Shown piece by piece: positions 50,426-60,678 of a stretch of 64,000 bases of DNA; position 1 is the first letter of the stretch, and every line of letters begins with the position of its first letter. Origin of the DNA: Capsulimonadaceae bacterium (GTDB lineage: Bacteria; Armatimonadota; Armatimonadia; Armatimonadales; Capsulimonadaceae); the NCBI GenBank assembly GCA_965215505.1, contig OZ244065.1:3840001-3904000 (forward strand), written 5' to 3'. The notes beneath the pieces are model-generated. The model saw nothing but the letters and a program-made list of their open reading frames with translations. It was not told the DNA's origin and did no database searches. The position numbers were made by a program, and so were the translations under genes.

Positions 50426-50991
50426 CGGGCCGCCCGCCCGCCGCTCACGCCCGCGACTTTGTAGCCGCCGTCCTCCTTGACGAGCATGTAATAGGCGGGG
50501 GCCAGGCGGCCGTTCTGGCCGCGCACGGTCACGGGGACGCCCGCGAGGTTCCCCTCCGGGTTCGTCAGGACGGGGCCGAAGGAGGCTGACGCGGCGTGGC
50601 CGAACTCGGGGTACTGTGTGCCGATCATCGCGACGAAGGCCTGCCCGGAGGCGAAGTTGCCGCGCAGGCCCCGGCTCTGGTAGAACCACGCGCGGTCGCC
50701 GTCGCCCGCCCGGATCGCGGCCAATTGGTCGTTGATCGTCGCCAGGGCGGCCCGCCGCTCTGCCCCCGTCGCGACGCGCCAGGCCTTCGGGCCGGGCGGC
50801 CGGTCCGCCCCGATCGGCCCGCCTGCCCCGGTCGGCCCGCCCGCGACCTCCGGGAAGTCCGGGAGGCGGAAGGCAGGGGGTTTCGGGTGGGCCGCGATCT
50901 GCCCGCGCAGGACGAAGGCGCTCAGGCCAACGCAGAGGGCGGCGAAGAGGAAGGCGGCGGCGCGGCGGACGTTCATGCGGCGGACGTTCAT
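50422..50991 (-). CDS. DUF4864-like membrane-anchored protein
   Basis: N-terminal TM; TINDQLAAIRAGDGDRAW..S....F.S...F..MI...YP; Y.LVKEDGGYKVAGV. Confidence 0.72.
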   Translation of the reverse strand: MNVRRMNVRRAAAFLFAALCVGLSAFVLRGQIAAHPKPPAFRLPDFPEVAGGPTGAGGPIGADRPPGPKAWRVATGAERRAALATINDQLAAIRAGDGDRAWFYQSRGLRGNFASGQAFVAMIGTQYPEFGHAASASFGPVLTNPEGNLAGVPVTVRGQNGRLAPAYYMLVKEDGGYKVAGVSGGRAAR

Positions 50992-51065
50992 CGGGGAGGC
51001 TCCTGCCGTCCTATTCGCCGCGCCGCCTGGGAATCCCTTTGCACCTCGACTGGGCGGTTGAACCC

Positions 51066-51146
51066 GCAGCAACAAGGGCACGAAACCTGCCTCCGCAGAC
51101 TCGGATTCCGAACCTGCGGAGGCAGGTTTCGTGCCTTAGTTGCCGC
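51066..51146. repeat. Long inverted repeat, a distinct REPIN-like type
   Basis: 22-bp perfect core GGCACGAAACCTGCCTCCGCAG / CTGCGGAGGCAGGTTTCGTGCC within ~33-bp arms. Confidence 0.8.
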
Positions 51147-51162
51147 GACTTTGGTCGCCCGG

Positions 51163-52401
51163 TCACGCCTTGGTCAGCACGGCCTCGTTCTGGAACAGGC
51201 GCGTGGCGAGCAGCAGGGCGGCGGCGGCGTAGACCAGCGAGGCCAGGAAGGCCAGCGCGATGAAGCCGGCGTCGTAGCTGCCGCCCAGGGCCTGCTTGAT
51301 GATCAGGGCGGCGTTCAGGATGGGCACCAAAGCCAGGGTGCGCGGGACGTCCGAGTTGATCGCCATGGACATGACGGCGGGGACCATGATCAGGCTGAAG
51401 AGCGGCCCGAGCAGGGTCTGCGCCTCCTTCTGGTTGCGCGCGTAGGTGGACACGGCGAGCAGCAACCCGGCGAAGAGGGCCGACAGCGGCAGCAGGGCCA
51501 GCCCGATGACGCCGATGGCCGCCCCGCCCAGCCGGACTCCCCCTGAGGCCAGCCAGGCGTAGGCGTGCAGGCCGCTGCCGAAGGAGATGCCCAGACCGGC
51601 GATGGTCAGGATGCTGCTGATGAGGCAGACGGCCACGACCACGCCGAACTTGCCCAGCACGATGTCCCGGCGCGAGGCGGGCGAGACCAGCAGCGTCTCC
51701 AATGTCCCGCGCTCCTTCTCCCCGGCCACCTGGTCGAAGGCCGAGTAGATGGTCCCGCTGAAGGCCGAGATGATGAGCAGGTAAGGCAGCAATGAGGACA
51801 GGACCAGCAGGCCCGCGCTGCCGCCCGACTTGATCGGCGTGTCCGTGACGCGGAACGGCGCGGCGAAGCCGGGGGGCAGGCCGCGCGCCGCGACCCGCCG
51901 CGCGACGACCGCCTGGCTCACGGCGGCGAAGAGGGCGCGCAGCCGGGCGGCGGCGGCCTGCGAGCCGGTGTCCCCGGCGTCTTCCAGGATCTCGACCGGC
52001 GCGGCGTCCCCGGCCGCCAGCCGCGCCTCTAGCTCGGGCGGCAGCACGACGGCGGCGTCCAGGCGGTGCGTCCCGATCTGACGCTCGGCGTCGGCCCGCG
52101 TCGTGGGGACGAAGCGCAGGCGCGGCGCGGACCGGAGGAGGGCGGGGGCGGAGGCCGGGCCGATGACGCCGACGGCGTAGGTGTGGGCCTGCGTCTTGGC
52201 GGCCTGGCCGCTGAACAGGATTCCCATAAGGGCGAACAGGGCGGGCGTCAGCAGGAGCGGCCCGAGGACGACGGCCATGACGGTGCGGCGCTCGCGGAAG
52301 GTTTCGCGGAACTCCTTGCGGAAGATGACGCCGATCAGGCCGGCGGGCCGCGCGGTCTGGGTGCGCGCGGCTGGGGGGTGTGGAATTTGTGAGACGGTCA
52401 T
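51163..52401 (-). CDS. ABC-2 permease, NatB-like
   Basis: IFRKEFRETFRERRT, AGEKERGTLETLLVSP, ARNQKEAQ. Confidence 0.9.
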   Translation of the reverse strand: MTVSQIPHPPAARTQTARPAGLIGVIFRKEFRETFRERRTVMAVVLGPLLLTPALFALMGILFSGQAAKTQAHTYAVGVIGPASAPALLRSAPRLRFVPTTRADAERQIGTHRLDAAVVLPPELEARLAAGDAAPVEILEDAGDTGSQAAAARLRALFAAVSQAVVARRVAARGLPPGFAAPFRVTDTPIKSGGSAGLLVLSSLLPYLLIISAFSGTIYSAFDQVAGEKERGTLETLLVSPASRRDIVLGKFGVVVAVCLISSILTIAGLGISFGSGLHAYAWLASGGVRLGGAAIGVIGLALLPLSALFAGLLLAVSTYARNQKEAQTLLGPLFSLIMVPAVMSMAINSDVPRTLALVPILNAALIIKQALGGSYDAGFIALAFLASLVYAAAALLLATRLFQNEAVLTKA

Positions 52402-52434
52402 GGGTTCCTCGCCGATCCGGGCAGGGCTGATGGT

Positions 52435-52570
52435 CACGGGGCTGAACCCCCGTGCTTCGGTTAAAGCAACTCCCCGCCTCCGCGGGCATGGGAAAGAGCC
52501 AGAGGGGACAGAATCTTCGCCCTTACCCTCGGGGGCTTGCACTCTTACAGCACGGGGGTTCAGCCCCGTG
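52435..52570. repeat. Family A element between the ABC ATPase and permease genes
   Basis: 22-bp terminal inverted repeats CACGGGGCTGAACCCCCGTGCT / AGCACGGGGGTTCAGCCCCGTG. Confidence 0.88.
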
Positions 52571-52584
52571 GGACTCGTTCCCGC

Positions 52585-53328
52585 TCAGGCGTCGGGGTCC
52601 TCGCCGATCAGGCGCAGGAAGGCGCGCTCGAAGACCCGCTCGCCGGATTGGGCGCGCAGCTCCTCCGGCGTGCCGACCGCAACGGCCCGCCCCTTGTAGA
52701 TGATCGCGATGCGCTCGCACAGGGCCTCGACCTCGCTCATGATGTGGGTCGAGAAGACGACGGTGCGCCCCTCGTCCCGGCAGCGCTTGATGAAGCGGAT
52801 GATGGTACGGGCGGTCAGCACGTCCAGGCCGTTCGTCGGCTCGTCGAAGAACAGCACGGGCGGCTCGTGCAGCAGGGTCCGGACGATGGCGACGCGCTGC
52901 TTCTGGCCGGTGGAAAGCTTGTCGCAGCGGCGGTCGGCGAACTCGTGCATGTCCAGCTCGGTGAACAGATGCTCCCGCCGCCGCTCGGCCTCGCCCGCCT
53001 CCAGGCCGTGCAGCTCGCCGAAGTAGGAGATCACCTCGCGGGGCGTCAGGCGCTCGTACAGGGCTGCCGAACTGGAGATGTAGCCGATGGAGCGGCGCAC
53101 GTCCGACGCCTGATGGGCGACGTCGAAGCCCGCCACGGTGGCCGTGCCGCCAGTCGGCTGGAGGATGGTCGCCAGCATCCGCAGCAAGGTGGTCTTGCCG
53201 GCCCCGTTCGGGCCGAGCAGCCCGAAGATCTCGCCGGGCCGGCAGGACAGCGAGACGTCGTCCACGGCGGCGACCGCGCCGTGTTTCTTATCCTGAAATG
53301 TCTTGGACAGCCCGTGGGTCTCAATCAT
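52585..53328 (-). CDS. ABC ATP-binding protein, NatA-like
   Basis: [34 protein letters not shown]. Confidence 0.93.
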   Translation of the reverse strand: MIETHGLSKTFQDKKHGAVAAVDDVSLSCRPGEIFGLLGPNGAGKTTLLRMLATILQPTGGTATVAGFDVAHQASDVRRSIGYISSSAALYERLTPREVISYFGELHGLEAGEAERRREHLFTELDMHEFADRRCDKLSTGQKQRVAIVRTLLHEPPVLFFDEPTNGLDVLTARTIIRFIKRCRDEGRTVVFSTHIMSEVEALCERIAIIYKGRAVAVGTPEELRAQSGERVFERAFLRLIGEDPDA

Positions 53329-53429
53329 GTCTCGCCTCCAAGAAATAAGACACGGCGCGGCCGGAAAAGTTGCGGAGAGGATGCTAAAGGATCAGGCACC
53401 CTGCACGAGCCTAGCCCGGCCCGCCAGTC

Positions 53430-53675
53430 CCCGGCCCTGAAGGGCCGGTCTGTTCCCAGCTTCGCCGGTGGGCCGCCCCTCCGGGGCTTCGGAGGTGTGG
53501 ACGGTGGTCGGTGGGCTGGTTGCCGATGGCGGGGGGCGCGGCAGGAGAGGCGCGGCAGGACAAGAGGGCGCGATAAATCGCGCCCCTACGATGCCATCCG
53601 AACAATGCCATCCGAAGCCCCGAAGCGGGCGGCCCACCGGCGAGGCCGGGAGTAGGCCGGCCCTTCAGGGCCGGG
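53430..53675. repeat. Complete family B element: two inverted ~60-bp arms with a GTAG palindrome inside
   Basis: 53430-53493 and 53611-53675 are imperfect reverse complements; GAGGGCGCGATAAATCGCGCCCCTAC at 53564-53589. Confidence 0.85.
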
Positions 53676-53681
53676 TTCCTC

Positions 53682-54512
53682 TTAAAACCGCAGCGACACG
53701 CCGCCGCCGTAGAACTGGACGGGGGCGTTCCCGCCTAGGCCGCGCCCCGTGCCGAGGTCGAACTGGAGGTTCTGGCCGACGCGGTAGGTCAACCCCCCGT
53801 CCGCGATGGGGGAGGGCGGGCCGCCGACGGGGGCGTCGTAGTAATAGTCGCCGTAGACGGAAAGCACGCCGGTCAGGGCGTAAGTGACCTGGCCGGTGCC
53901 GGTGTAGTCGGTGACACGGCCCCCGTTCTGGGTGGGGTAGGAGAGGATGAGGTTGGAGGAGAGGCCCCAGCGTGCCCCCGAAGTCGTCTGCCCGTTCAGG
54001 CTCAGGACGGGGTCCACATGGCCGCTGGTCGTGACGGCGGACCGGACCGGGATGGAGAGGGAGGGGGTGAAGGCGAGTTTCGTGTTGCCGTCCTTGCTCT
54101 GGTAGAACTTGTACCGAACGCCGACCGCGCCGTCGCCGAAGCCGGCCTTGCCGCCTGAAGGCCAGACATAGTTCGGCAGGACCACGCGCAGCTCCGTCTT
54201 GTCGTTCAGCCCCGTCCGGAGCAGGGTTTCCGGCGCGTCCGTGGCTTGCCCCTGTCCGCTGTCCGCGCTGTACTTGGTGCGCGTCGTCCCCAGTTCGATC
54301 TGGACATGGCCGGGCGCGACCGTGTCACTGCCGTTCGTAAAGCCGGGCCGGTCGGGGGTCAGCGCGCCGCCCGAGTCGGCGGGGGCGGCCTTGGCCGGGC
54401 CGTTCGACCCGCCCTGGTCCGGCGCGTCGGCGGCGAAGGCGGGCGTCAGGGGCAGCAGTGCGCCGGCGAGGAGCCAGCCGAGGAGCCGGCAGGGCCGGTG
54501 CTTGTGCGTCAT
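53682..54512 (-). CDS. Outer-membrane beta-barrel (MetA-pathway/CoxB-like)
   Basis: Signal peptide; DRPGFT..TVAPGHVQIE, GFGDGAVGVRY, C-terminal GGVSLRF. Confidence 0.82.
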   Translation of the reverse strand: MTHKHRPCRLLGWLLAGALLPLTPAFAADAPDQGGSNGPAKAAPADSGGALTPDRPGFTNGSDTVAPGHVQIELGTTRTKYSADSGQGQATDAPETLLRTGLNDKTELRVVLPNYVWPSGGKAGFGDGAVGVRYKFYQSKDGNTKLAFTPSLSIPVRSAVTTSGHVDPVLSLNGQTTSGARWGLSSNLILSYPTQNGGRVTDYTGTGQVTYALTGVLSVYGDYYYDAPVGGPPSPIADGGLTYRVGQNLQFDLGTGRGLGGNAPVQFYGGGVSLRF

Positions 54513-55192
54513 GTCGTCTCCATAAGTCTCAGCGAGCCGATGATGAGGAGGTGCTTGGGACGGTCCACGCGCCACAGCCACGGACGGCTGTCGAAGAGCG
54601 TGATCAGCGCGGCGGGGACCGGGTCGGGGTCGGACCGGGAGGGGCCGATGTCCAGGATCATCTGGCCGTTCGGGTCGAGCCGCCAGCGCAGCGGGGCGGG
54701 GACCGGCAGGGCACCCCCCCCTCCGTCCCAGAAGAACTCGCCGCCCCCGTCCGCCTGGAAGGTCAGCCGCAGGCGACCGCCTTGTGCGGAGGGCCCGGTC
54801 TTTGCCGTCTCCCAGACGCCCACCGGGGAAGAGGGTGCGGGGCGGGCGATCTGCGCGTACAGGAAGTACCCCAGGGTGAGGGCGGCCAGCGCCAGCAGGG
54901 CGGATGCCACCCGCCCGCGACTCAGCCTCGGGGGTGTCGGAGGGGCGGGCATCGGCGGGTCCGCGTGGGGCGCGGGGCGCGGGGTGAGTGGCGGAAGCGT
55001 GAACTGCATCGTCCGGTTCAGCGCGGCCTCGTCGGTGATGACCGCGTCCGCCGGGGTCGTTTCCAGCCCGGTGCCCAGGCCGGTCCGGAACCGGTGCCCG
55101 CAGTGTTCGCAGACCTCGCGGTCCCGGTAAGTCATGGTCCGGCAGCGCGGGCAAGACTTCCCCTCGCGCGTCCCCGTCTCCGGCGTGTTCAT
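54509..55192 (-). CDS. Zn-ribbon single-TM protein
   Basis: CPRC...CEHCG, Pro-rich linker, TM, VGVW beta domain. Confidence 0.7.
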   Translation of the reverse strand: MNTPETGTREGKSCPRCRTMTYRDREVCEHCGHRFRTGLGTGLETTPADAVITDEAALNRTMQFTLPPLTPRPAPHADPPMPAPPTPPRLSRGRVASALLALAALTLGYFLYAQIARPAPSSPVGVWETAKTGPSAQGGRLRLTFQADGGGEFFWDGGGGALPVPAPLRWRLDPNGQMILDIGPSRSDPDPVPAALITLFDSRPWLWRVDRPKHLLIIGSLRLMETT

Positions 55193-55279
55193 GCCGACAG
55201 TTTACCAAAGACGGGCGCGAAAAGCAAGGGAAAAGAGGCTTTGGCGCTGAAGGGCCGGGCCGGGGGCCGGCATTCCTTG

Positions 55280-55308
55280 TTGACAGAGCGCCTGCCTCGT
55301 GCTATAGT
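55280..55308 (+). promoter_or_regulatory. sigma70 promoter
   Basis: TTGACA-N17-TATAGT with extended TG. Confidence 0.75.
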
Positions 55309-55438
55309 AAATCGCAATGGCTCCCCTTGAACCACTGCTGCGAACGCCGCACCAGCCAGATTTTCCGCCGGCCTCTTCCGGCGGGACAGAAGCCCGCGCG
55401 GGGGGGAAGCTGAGCGGACCGCTCAGAGGAGAAAAAAG

Positions 55439-55879
55439 ATGCCGCTGGAACAGATGAAACGCGACGCCGACCGCACCATCACGCACAACATAGACTGGTT
55501 CACGCCGGAAGACGAGAAGAACCTGGTGGGCACCCTCCTGATCACGATGATCGCGGAGCCGATGCTCGTGGAGTTCCTGAAGGCCATCGCCTCCGAAGGC
55601 GGGAAGCAGCTCTTCACCTCGGTGCTGCACTACTTCCAGGGGCGCGGCGCGCACGCGGCGGCCCCGCCCGAACGGCCCGCCCCCGGCGAACTTGAGGCCG
55701 CCGCCGCCGCCGCCTACCGCGCCTCGCAGGGGATGAGCGCCGAGGAACTGAGCCGGAAGATGGACACGATCACGGCCACTCTGAAGGAAAGGCTCCAGGC
55801 GCTCATGCCCGAGGAAGTCGCCGCCGGGATCGCGAACGACTACCGGACCACCGTCGTGACGAACCTGAGCGCGGACTGA
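55439..55879 (+). CDS. Hypothetical protein
   Basis: AGGAG RBS, GC3-biased codons, helical-looking. Confidence 0.75.
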   Translation: MPLEQMKRDADRTITHNIDWFTPEDEKNLVGTLLITMIAEPMLVEFLKAIASEGGKQLFTSVLHYFQGRGAHAAAPPERPAPGELEAAAAAAYRASQGMSAEELSRKMDTITATLKERLQALMPEEVAAGIANDYRTTVVTNLSAD

Positions 55880-55886
55880 GGCACCT

Positions 55887-57161
55887 ATGGAAACGACTGG
55901 CCCGAACAGCGAAGCGGCGTTCCAGGAGTGGATGACGGACGGACAGGTTTCGTGCCGGGGCATCATGGCCCTGTGCCCGGAGGGGGCGGAAAAGAGCCTC
56001 CAGGTCGAGGCGTTTTCCGCCGAGCTGGAGGCCGACCCCGCCGCGAAGGCGCGGGCGGCGCGCGGCCAAGCGGACTTCTGGTTCTGCCTCGTGGACCGGG
56101 GGCAGAAAGGGTACGTCTGCCGCCGGGACGACCACACCGGGGCGTGGATGGACTCCGAGGAGGCGCTGCGGCAGGCCGGCATCGATCCCGCCGGCCTCCC
56201 CGTGCTGGAGATAGACCGGACGCGGCACACCGTCCCCGCCGCCGTGGCCTCCTTCCGGGACAGACTCCAGGCCGCCCTGGCGTCCGCCCAGGAGTTCACC
56301 CAGGACGAGCGGCAGGGGCTGACCGCGCTGTGTCAGTGCCTGGGGATGGTCCTCGGGGCCTGCCGGGAGGGGTACACGGACAGCATGACGGCGGACGGCC
56401 TCAAGACGCTGCTGCCGGCGTTCTCCCCGCAGGCAGGCCCCCAGGTGACTCTGGCCGAGAAACTGGACGCCCTGGAACAGATGCGCCGGAGCGTCCTGCG
56501 GATGCGCGCGTTCTTCACGGCGGACGTCTTCCTGACGGCGCGGCTGAGTCTGTTCCCCGCCCTGCTCGCGGCCATCGCCGACCGGATGAAGGCTGAGGGG
56601 GCGGAAGAGTGGCAGACCGCCATGCAGCTCACGCGCTTCTTCCTCACGCCCTACTCCGAGGGCGTCTCCGACCCGCCCCGGCTGATCCCAGGCCTGGTCG
56701 AGAAGATGTCCCGCGAGGGGTACGGCGGCCTGGTCGAGTCCCAGGCGAAGGGCCACCTCAGCGCCGGGATGTCCGCCATCGAGGACGCGCTCAACTCGGA
56801 CGACCTGGACGACTACGGCGCGCGCCTGTACGCGGCGACTCACGAGTGTTTCTCCGCGAGTCACCTCTATGAGATCCTCGACCGCGACGCCAAAGGACAC
56901 CCGGATCGGCCGGGCGGCCGGTGGTGGGCGCAGTCGTCCAAAGTCGCCGAGGAGAAATTGGTCCGCTGCACGAACGCCCTGTTCCGCCTGTCCGATGCCC
57001 CCTTCCTGGGGGCGCTCGACCGGCACCGGAGGCGTGTCGCGGAGGCCTACCGGGTCGGCGGGGACGACGCGCGCACCGCCGCCGTCAGCGACCTCATCGA
57101 GAACAACTATTTCTATCCGCGCTGCTTTGAAAGCCGGCTGATGGAAGCGCCCTCGGGATAA
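55887..57161 (+). CDS. Hypothetical protein
   Basis: 424 aa, GAGG RBS, operon spacing; no motif recognised. Confidence 0.78.
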   Translation: METTGPNSEAAFQEWMTDGQVSCRGIMALCPEGAEKSLQVEAFSAELEADPAAKARAARGQADFWFCLVDRGQKGYVCRRDDHTGAWMDSEEALRQAGIDPAGLPVLEIDRTRHTVPAAVASFRDRLQAALASAQEFTQDERQGLTALCQCLGMVLGACREGYTDSMTADGLKTLLPAFSPQAGPQVTLAEKLDALEQMRRSVLRMRAFFTADVFLTARLSLFPALLAAIADRMKAEGAEEWQTAMQLTRFFLTPYSEGVSDPPRLIPGLVEKMSREGYGGLVESQAKGHLSAGMSAIEDALNSDDLDDYGARLYAATHECFSASHLYEILDRDAKGHPDRPGGRWWAQSSKVAEEKLVRCTNALFRLSDAPFLGALDRHRRRVAEAYRVGGDDARTAAVSDLIENNYFYPRCFESRLMEAPSG

Positions 57162-57176
57162 GAAAGACACACAGCC

Positions 57177-58463
57177 ATGACCAGAGTCGTCATCATCGGG
57201 GCGGGGAGTCAGTTCGGGGGGAAGCTCTCGCGAGACATTTTGGCCTTCCCCGCCTTGCAGGACGGGGCGGTCATCGCTCTGTGCGACACGGACGCCGGGA
57301 AGCTGGCGCGCGTGGCGCATTATGTGCAGAGGATCATTGACGGGCATAACCTGCCCGCCCGCGTCGAGTCGTCCACGGACCGAAGGGCGCTGCTGGAAGG
57401 GGCAGATTTTGTTGTCGCTTCCATCTCGGTGGGCGGGCCGGCCTACGCCGGCTTCCCGTTCACGTCTGAGCTGAACCTGCCGTACCAGAAGTACGGCCTG
57501 AGCCAGTCGGTCGCGGATACCATCGGGGTGGGGGGCGTCTTCCGGTTCCTGCGGACGGCCCCGGTGCAGGCGGGCATCTGCCAGGACATGGAGGAGCTTT
57601 GCCCGGACGCCCTGCTGCTCAACTACACCAACCCGATGGCGATGCTGACCTGGCTGCACTCGGCCTCCTCCAAAGTGGCGAACGTCGGCCTGTGCCATTC
57701 GGTCCAGGGCACGTCGCGCGAGCTGGCCCGGTATCTGGGCGTGCCGTATGAGGAGCTGACGTACTCGGTGGCGGGGATCAACCACCAGGCGTGGTTTTTG
57801 AAGCTGCGGCAGGGGAAAGAAGACCTGTACCCGCGCCTACGCGCCTGCCTGGACGACCCGGAGACGCTGAACAAGGATCGGGTGCGGTTCGAGATGATGC
57901 GCTTCTTCGACTACTTCGTCACCGAGTCCACCAAGCACTGCTCCGAATACCACCCGTACTTCCGCCGCACGGAAGAACTCCGGGAACGCTATGGCCTGGA
58001 ACAGTGGATCGCCTCGGAACAGGAGAGGGCGCGGGAGTGGACGCCCGACGATGCCCCGCTGCCGACGCTTGAGCTGTCCGGCGAGTACGCCGCCGAGATC
58101 ATCCACGCGATGACGACGGGAAAGCCGTTTGCCTTCAACGGCAACGTGATGAACGACGGCCTGATTGACAACCTGCCGGACGGCTGCTGCGTCGAGGTGC
58201 CGTGCCTGACCGACCGGACCGGCGTTCATCCCTGTCATGTCGGGGCTTTGCCGCCGCAGCTCGCCCACCTCAACCTCTCCAACATCGCCGTGCAGGAGCT
58301 GGCCGTCCGGGCCGTCCTGGAGCGCGACCGCCGCCTGGCCTTGCAGGCGTGTCTGCTGGACCCGCTGACCCGCAGCGTGCTGTCACTGGAAGATACGCAG
58401 GCGCTGTTCGAGGAGATCTGGGCGGCGGAGGAGGGCCTGCTGGCCTATTTCAAGGCGGGGTGA
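57177..58463 (+). CDS. melA: GH4 NAD-dependent alpha-galactosidase
   Basis: IIGAGS, ADTIGVGG, LNYTNPM, GLCHSVQGT, AGINHQAW, TES..H.SEY. Confidence 0.9.
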   Translation: MTRVVIIGAGSQFGGKLSRDILAFPALQDGAVIALCDTDAGKLARVAHYVQRIIDGHNLPARVESSTDRRALLEGADFVVASISVGGPAYAGFPFTSELNLPYQKYGLSQSVADTIGVGGVFRFLRTAPVQAGICQDMEELCPDALLLNYTNPMAMLTWLHSASSKVANVGLCHSVQGTSRELARYLGVPYEELTYSVAGINHQAWFLKLRQGKEDLYPRLRACLDDPETLNKDRVRFEMMRFFDYFVTESTKHCSEYHPYFRRTEELRERYGLEQWIASEQERAREWTPDDAPLPTLELSGEYAAEIIHAMTTGKPFAFNGNVMNDGLIDNLPDGCCVEVPCLTDRTGVHPCHVGALPPQLAHLNLSNIAVQELAVRAVLERDRRLALQACLLDPLTRSVLSLEDTQALFEEIWAAEEGLLAYFKAG

Positions 58464-58522
58464 GAGTCCACAGCAGACCGAAGAGAAGGTGGTCGGTGCG
58501 GGGGAGCAGGGGGGCCGTTGGT

Positions 58523-58668
58523 CCCGGCCATAAATGGCCGGTCTGTTCCCGGCTTCGCCGGTGGGCCGCCTTTGGACAACGCACCGCCGACAGCGGCCTC
58601 TGGGCCTCGTAGGGGCGCACCTGGGTGTGCGCCCTCTTCTCCTGCCGCGCCCTCTTCTCCTGCCGCGC
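58523..58668. repeat. Degenerate family B arm, GTAG palindrome and 18-bp duplication
   Basis: CCCGGCCATAAATGGCCGGTCTGTTCCCGGCTTCGCCGGTGGGCCGCC; GTAGGGGCGCACCTGGGTGTGCGCCCTC. Confidence 0.75.
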
Positions 58669-58725
58669 CCCCGTCACCCGCCCCTTACTGCCGCTCGCGC
58701 CGGGACGCCTCGGGCCGGGTGCGGC

Positions 58726-59046
58726 TCATGCCGCCCGCCGGAGCGGCACGGCGGGTGGCGCCTCTTGCCTCTCGAACGGCTCGGGGTCGCCCTGCTGGTA
58801 CTTCAGGTACATCGCCAGCGCCATCCGCGTGCAGTCTTCCGCCGTCTTGTGCCACGAGGCGCTTTGTAAGGCGTCCTCCCCCACTTCCGGGAAGTCCACG
58901 GAGAACACGTCCACGGCGTCTTCCGACTCATACTCGGCGACCAACGCGGCGGACGCCCGGCGCGCGTCGGCCGCCGAGAAACACCAGACCTGTCTGGGCG
59001 AGCGCACCGCTGCGGCGCTGCCGGACGCAGCCATGACGACGATCAT
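58726..59046 (-). CDS. Small hypothetical protein
   Basis: ATG after GAGGAAGAG; protein-like composition. Confidence 0.55.
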   Translation of the reverse strand: MIVVMAASGSAAAVRSPRQVWCFSAADARRASAALVAEYESEDAVDVFSVDFPEVGEDALQSASWHKTAEDCTRMALAMYLKYQQGDPEPFERQEAPPAVPLRRAA

Positions 59047-59412
59047 GATTTTTCTCTTCCTCATCCCACGTTGGATGCAAGTGAATTTCGGGCCACTGCC
59101 CGGAAAAGGGGCGCTGGGCGCGTGAGATGCGCGGCAGGCGAGTGAGCGCGCCCGCGCGTCTTGCGGCCTCGGGCAATACCGTATTAATATGATATGGAGA
59201 TTATAACCAGAAACAGTAGTGGTAATACAGGATTTACAGCACAATAATTACGGAGTGGTTACAAATATTTGTCTGTAAGACAGAAAACGTATAAAAAAGA
59301 GTATTGCAGGGAGAAGGATAAAAACCGGCGTAACTGTGGAACAAGACGGAAAGAGGAACCACGCCCTTCGGGGGCAAACCGGGGGACCTGAAAGATCGAG
59401 AGAAAAGACGCC

Positions 59413-60525
59413 ATGCCCCTGACCTGCCCTCACTGCCAGATCGTCCAGGCCGAAGGGAATGAAACCTGTATCAACTGCGGCCAGTCTCTGACGCCCGCCA
59501 GGGCGATCGCGCCTCCGGCGGACGCCGTGCCAGATGTCGTCGCCGAAGCGGCGACCGCGAACGTGCCCCTGGCGCGGCGGACTTCGTGGCGGCTGCCCGC
59601 CGGGATCGCCTTCGGCCTGCTGCTCGCCCTGACCGCGACGGCCTTCTTTGCCGCCCAGCGCGGGTCGGTCCGCCGCCCCGCCCTTTCCGTACCGGCTCCT
59701 CAGCCGGCCCCGGCCTCGCCCGCGCCGGGGGCCGCCCCCCCATACCCGGCCCCGGCGTCCGCTCCCGCCCCCGTGCCGCCCCCGGTCACGCCCGCGCTCC
59801 CGGCGGCGGAGACGCCCGCGCCGGGAGCGGGGACCCCCGCGCCCGGAGCCGCGAAGCCGCCCGTTCCGGCGGTGCCCCCGGCGGCCACTCCTCTGACGGT
59901 CACGCTGGACTCGACGCGCGAGGGGCGGCACGTCAAGGTCGGCGAGGACGTGACGCTGACCGCGCTGGCGCGCGGCCCCTGTGCGACCCTGACGCTGTTC
60001 TACCGGCGCGGACGCGCGGGGAAGGCCATGCTCACCTTCGTCGAGGGCAGCCTGTGCAGCACGACCTGGACGCCCGCCGTCCCCGGCCGGTACGAGTTCA
60101 CGGCGACCGCCCTCGGCGACCGCAAGCAGTCCGCTGCCTCGCGCCACGTCGAGATCACCGTGGATGCGCCCGCCGTGCCGGTGGAGGCGCGGGCCGCGCC
60201 GGCACAGTCGCCGCCGCCTGTGGCTGCCAAGCCGGTTCGCGTGGCCCCCATCCCTGTCGTCCCCGTCCCCGAGGGGGAGCGCCGAGCGGCCACGACCTAC
60301 CACGTCGCCGCCGCCAAGTTCCCGTTCCTCCGCAACGCCACCGTCCTCGCCGACGCCCTCAGCCGCCGCGGTTACGCCGCCGTGCCCGAGCGGATGGACG
60401 ACGCGCACGGCAAGACCGTTTATGTGGTCGTCACCGGCGCTTATAAGCGGCCCGGAGAGGCGCGCGCCGCCGCCCTGGTCTTGCAGCGCAGCGGCTACCC
60501 GGCCTACTTCTTCGGCAGCCGCTAA
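59413..60525 (+). CDS. Zn-ribbon, TM, Pro-rich, Ig-like, SPOR protein
   Basis: CPHC..CINCG; WTP..PGRYEFTATA; C-terminal YHVAAAKF...YVVVTGAY...EA. Confidence 0.8.
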   Translation: MPLTCPHCQIVQAEGNETCINCGQSLTPARAIAPPADAVPDVVAEAATANVPLARRTSWRLPAGIAFGLLLALTATAFFAAQRGSVRRPALSVPAPQPAPASPAPGAAPPYPAPASAPAPVPPPVTPALPAAETPAPGAGTPAPGAAKPPVPAVPPAATPLTVTLDSTREGRHVKVGEDVTLTALARGPCATLTLFYRRGRAGKAMLTFVEGSLCSTTWTPAVPGRYEFTATALGDRKQSAASRHVEITVDAPAVPVEARAAPAQSPPPVAAKPVRVAPIPVVPVPEGERRAATTYHVAAAKFPFLRNATVLADALSRRGYAAVPERMDDAHGKTVYVVVTGAYKRPGEARAAALVLQRSGYPAYFFGSR

Positions 60526-60678
60526 CGCGCCCCGTGCCGCCCTCCGCCGCCTGCCAGTCGGAAGTATAGGATGTCCTAAAAGATTCGTAATCGGGCTTGG
60601 AAAAAGAGGAACCCAAACACCCGAGGGCGAATAGGAAAATGCCCGGAAGCCTCGGGCTAGACCTTGTGGGTGAAACCG

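Noticed and set aside
59170-59340. AT-rich stretch as foreign DNA or origin
   Set aside because: Short divergent-promoter region with one 12-bp palindrome (ACAAATATTTGT); no DnaA-box or iteron array seen.
59355-59400. c-di-GMP-I riboswitch (GGCAAACC)
   Set aside because: The downstream GAAA stem and GACGCAAAGC elements are missing.
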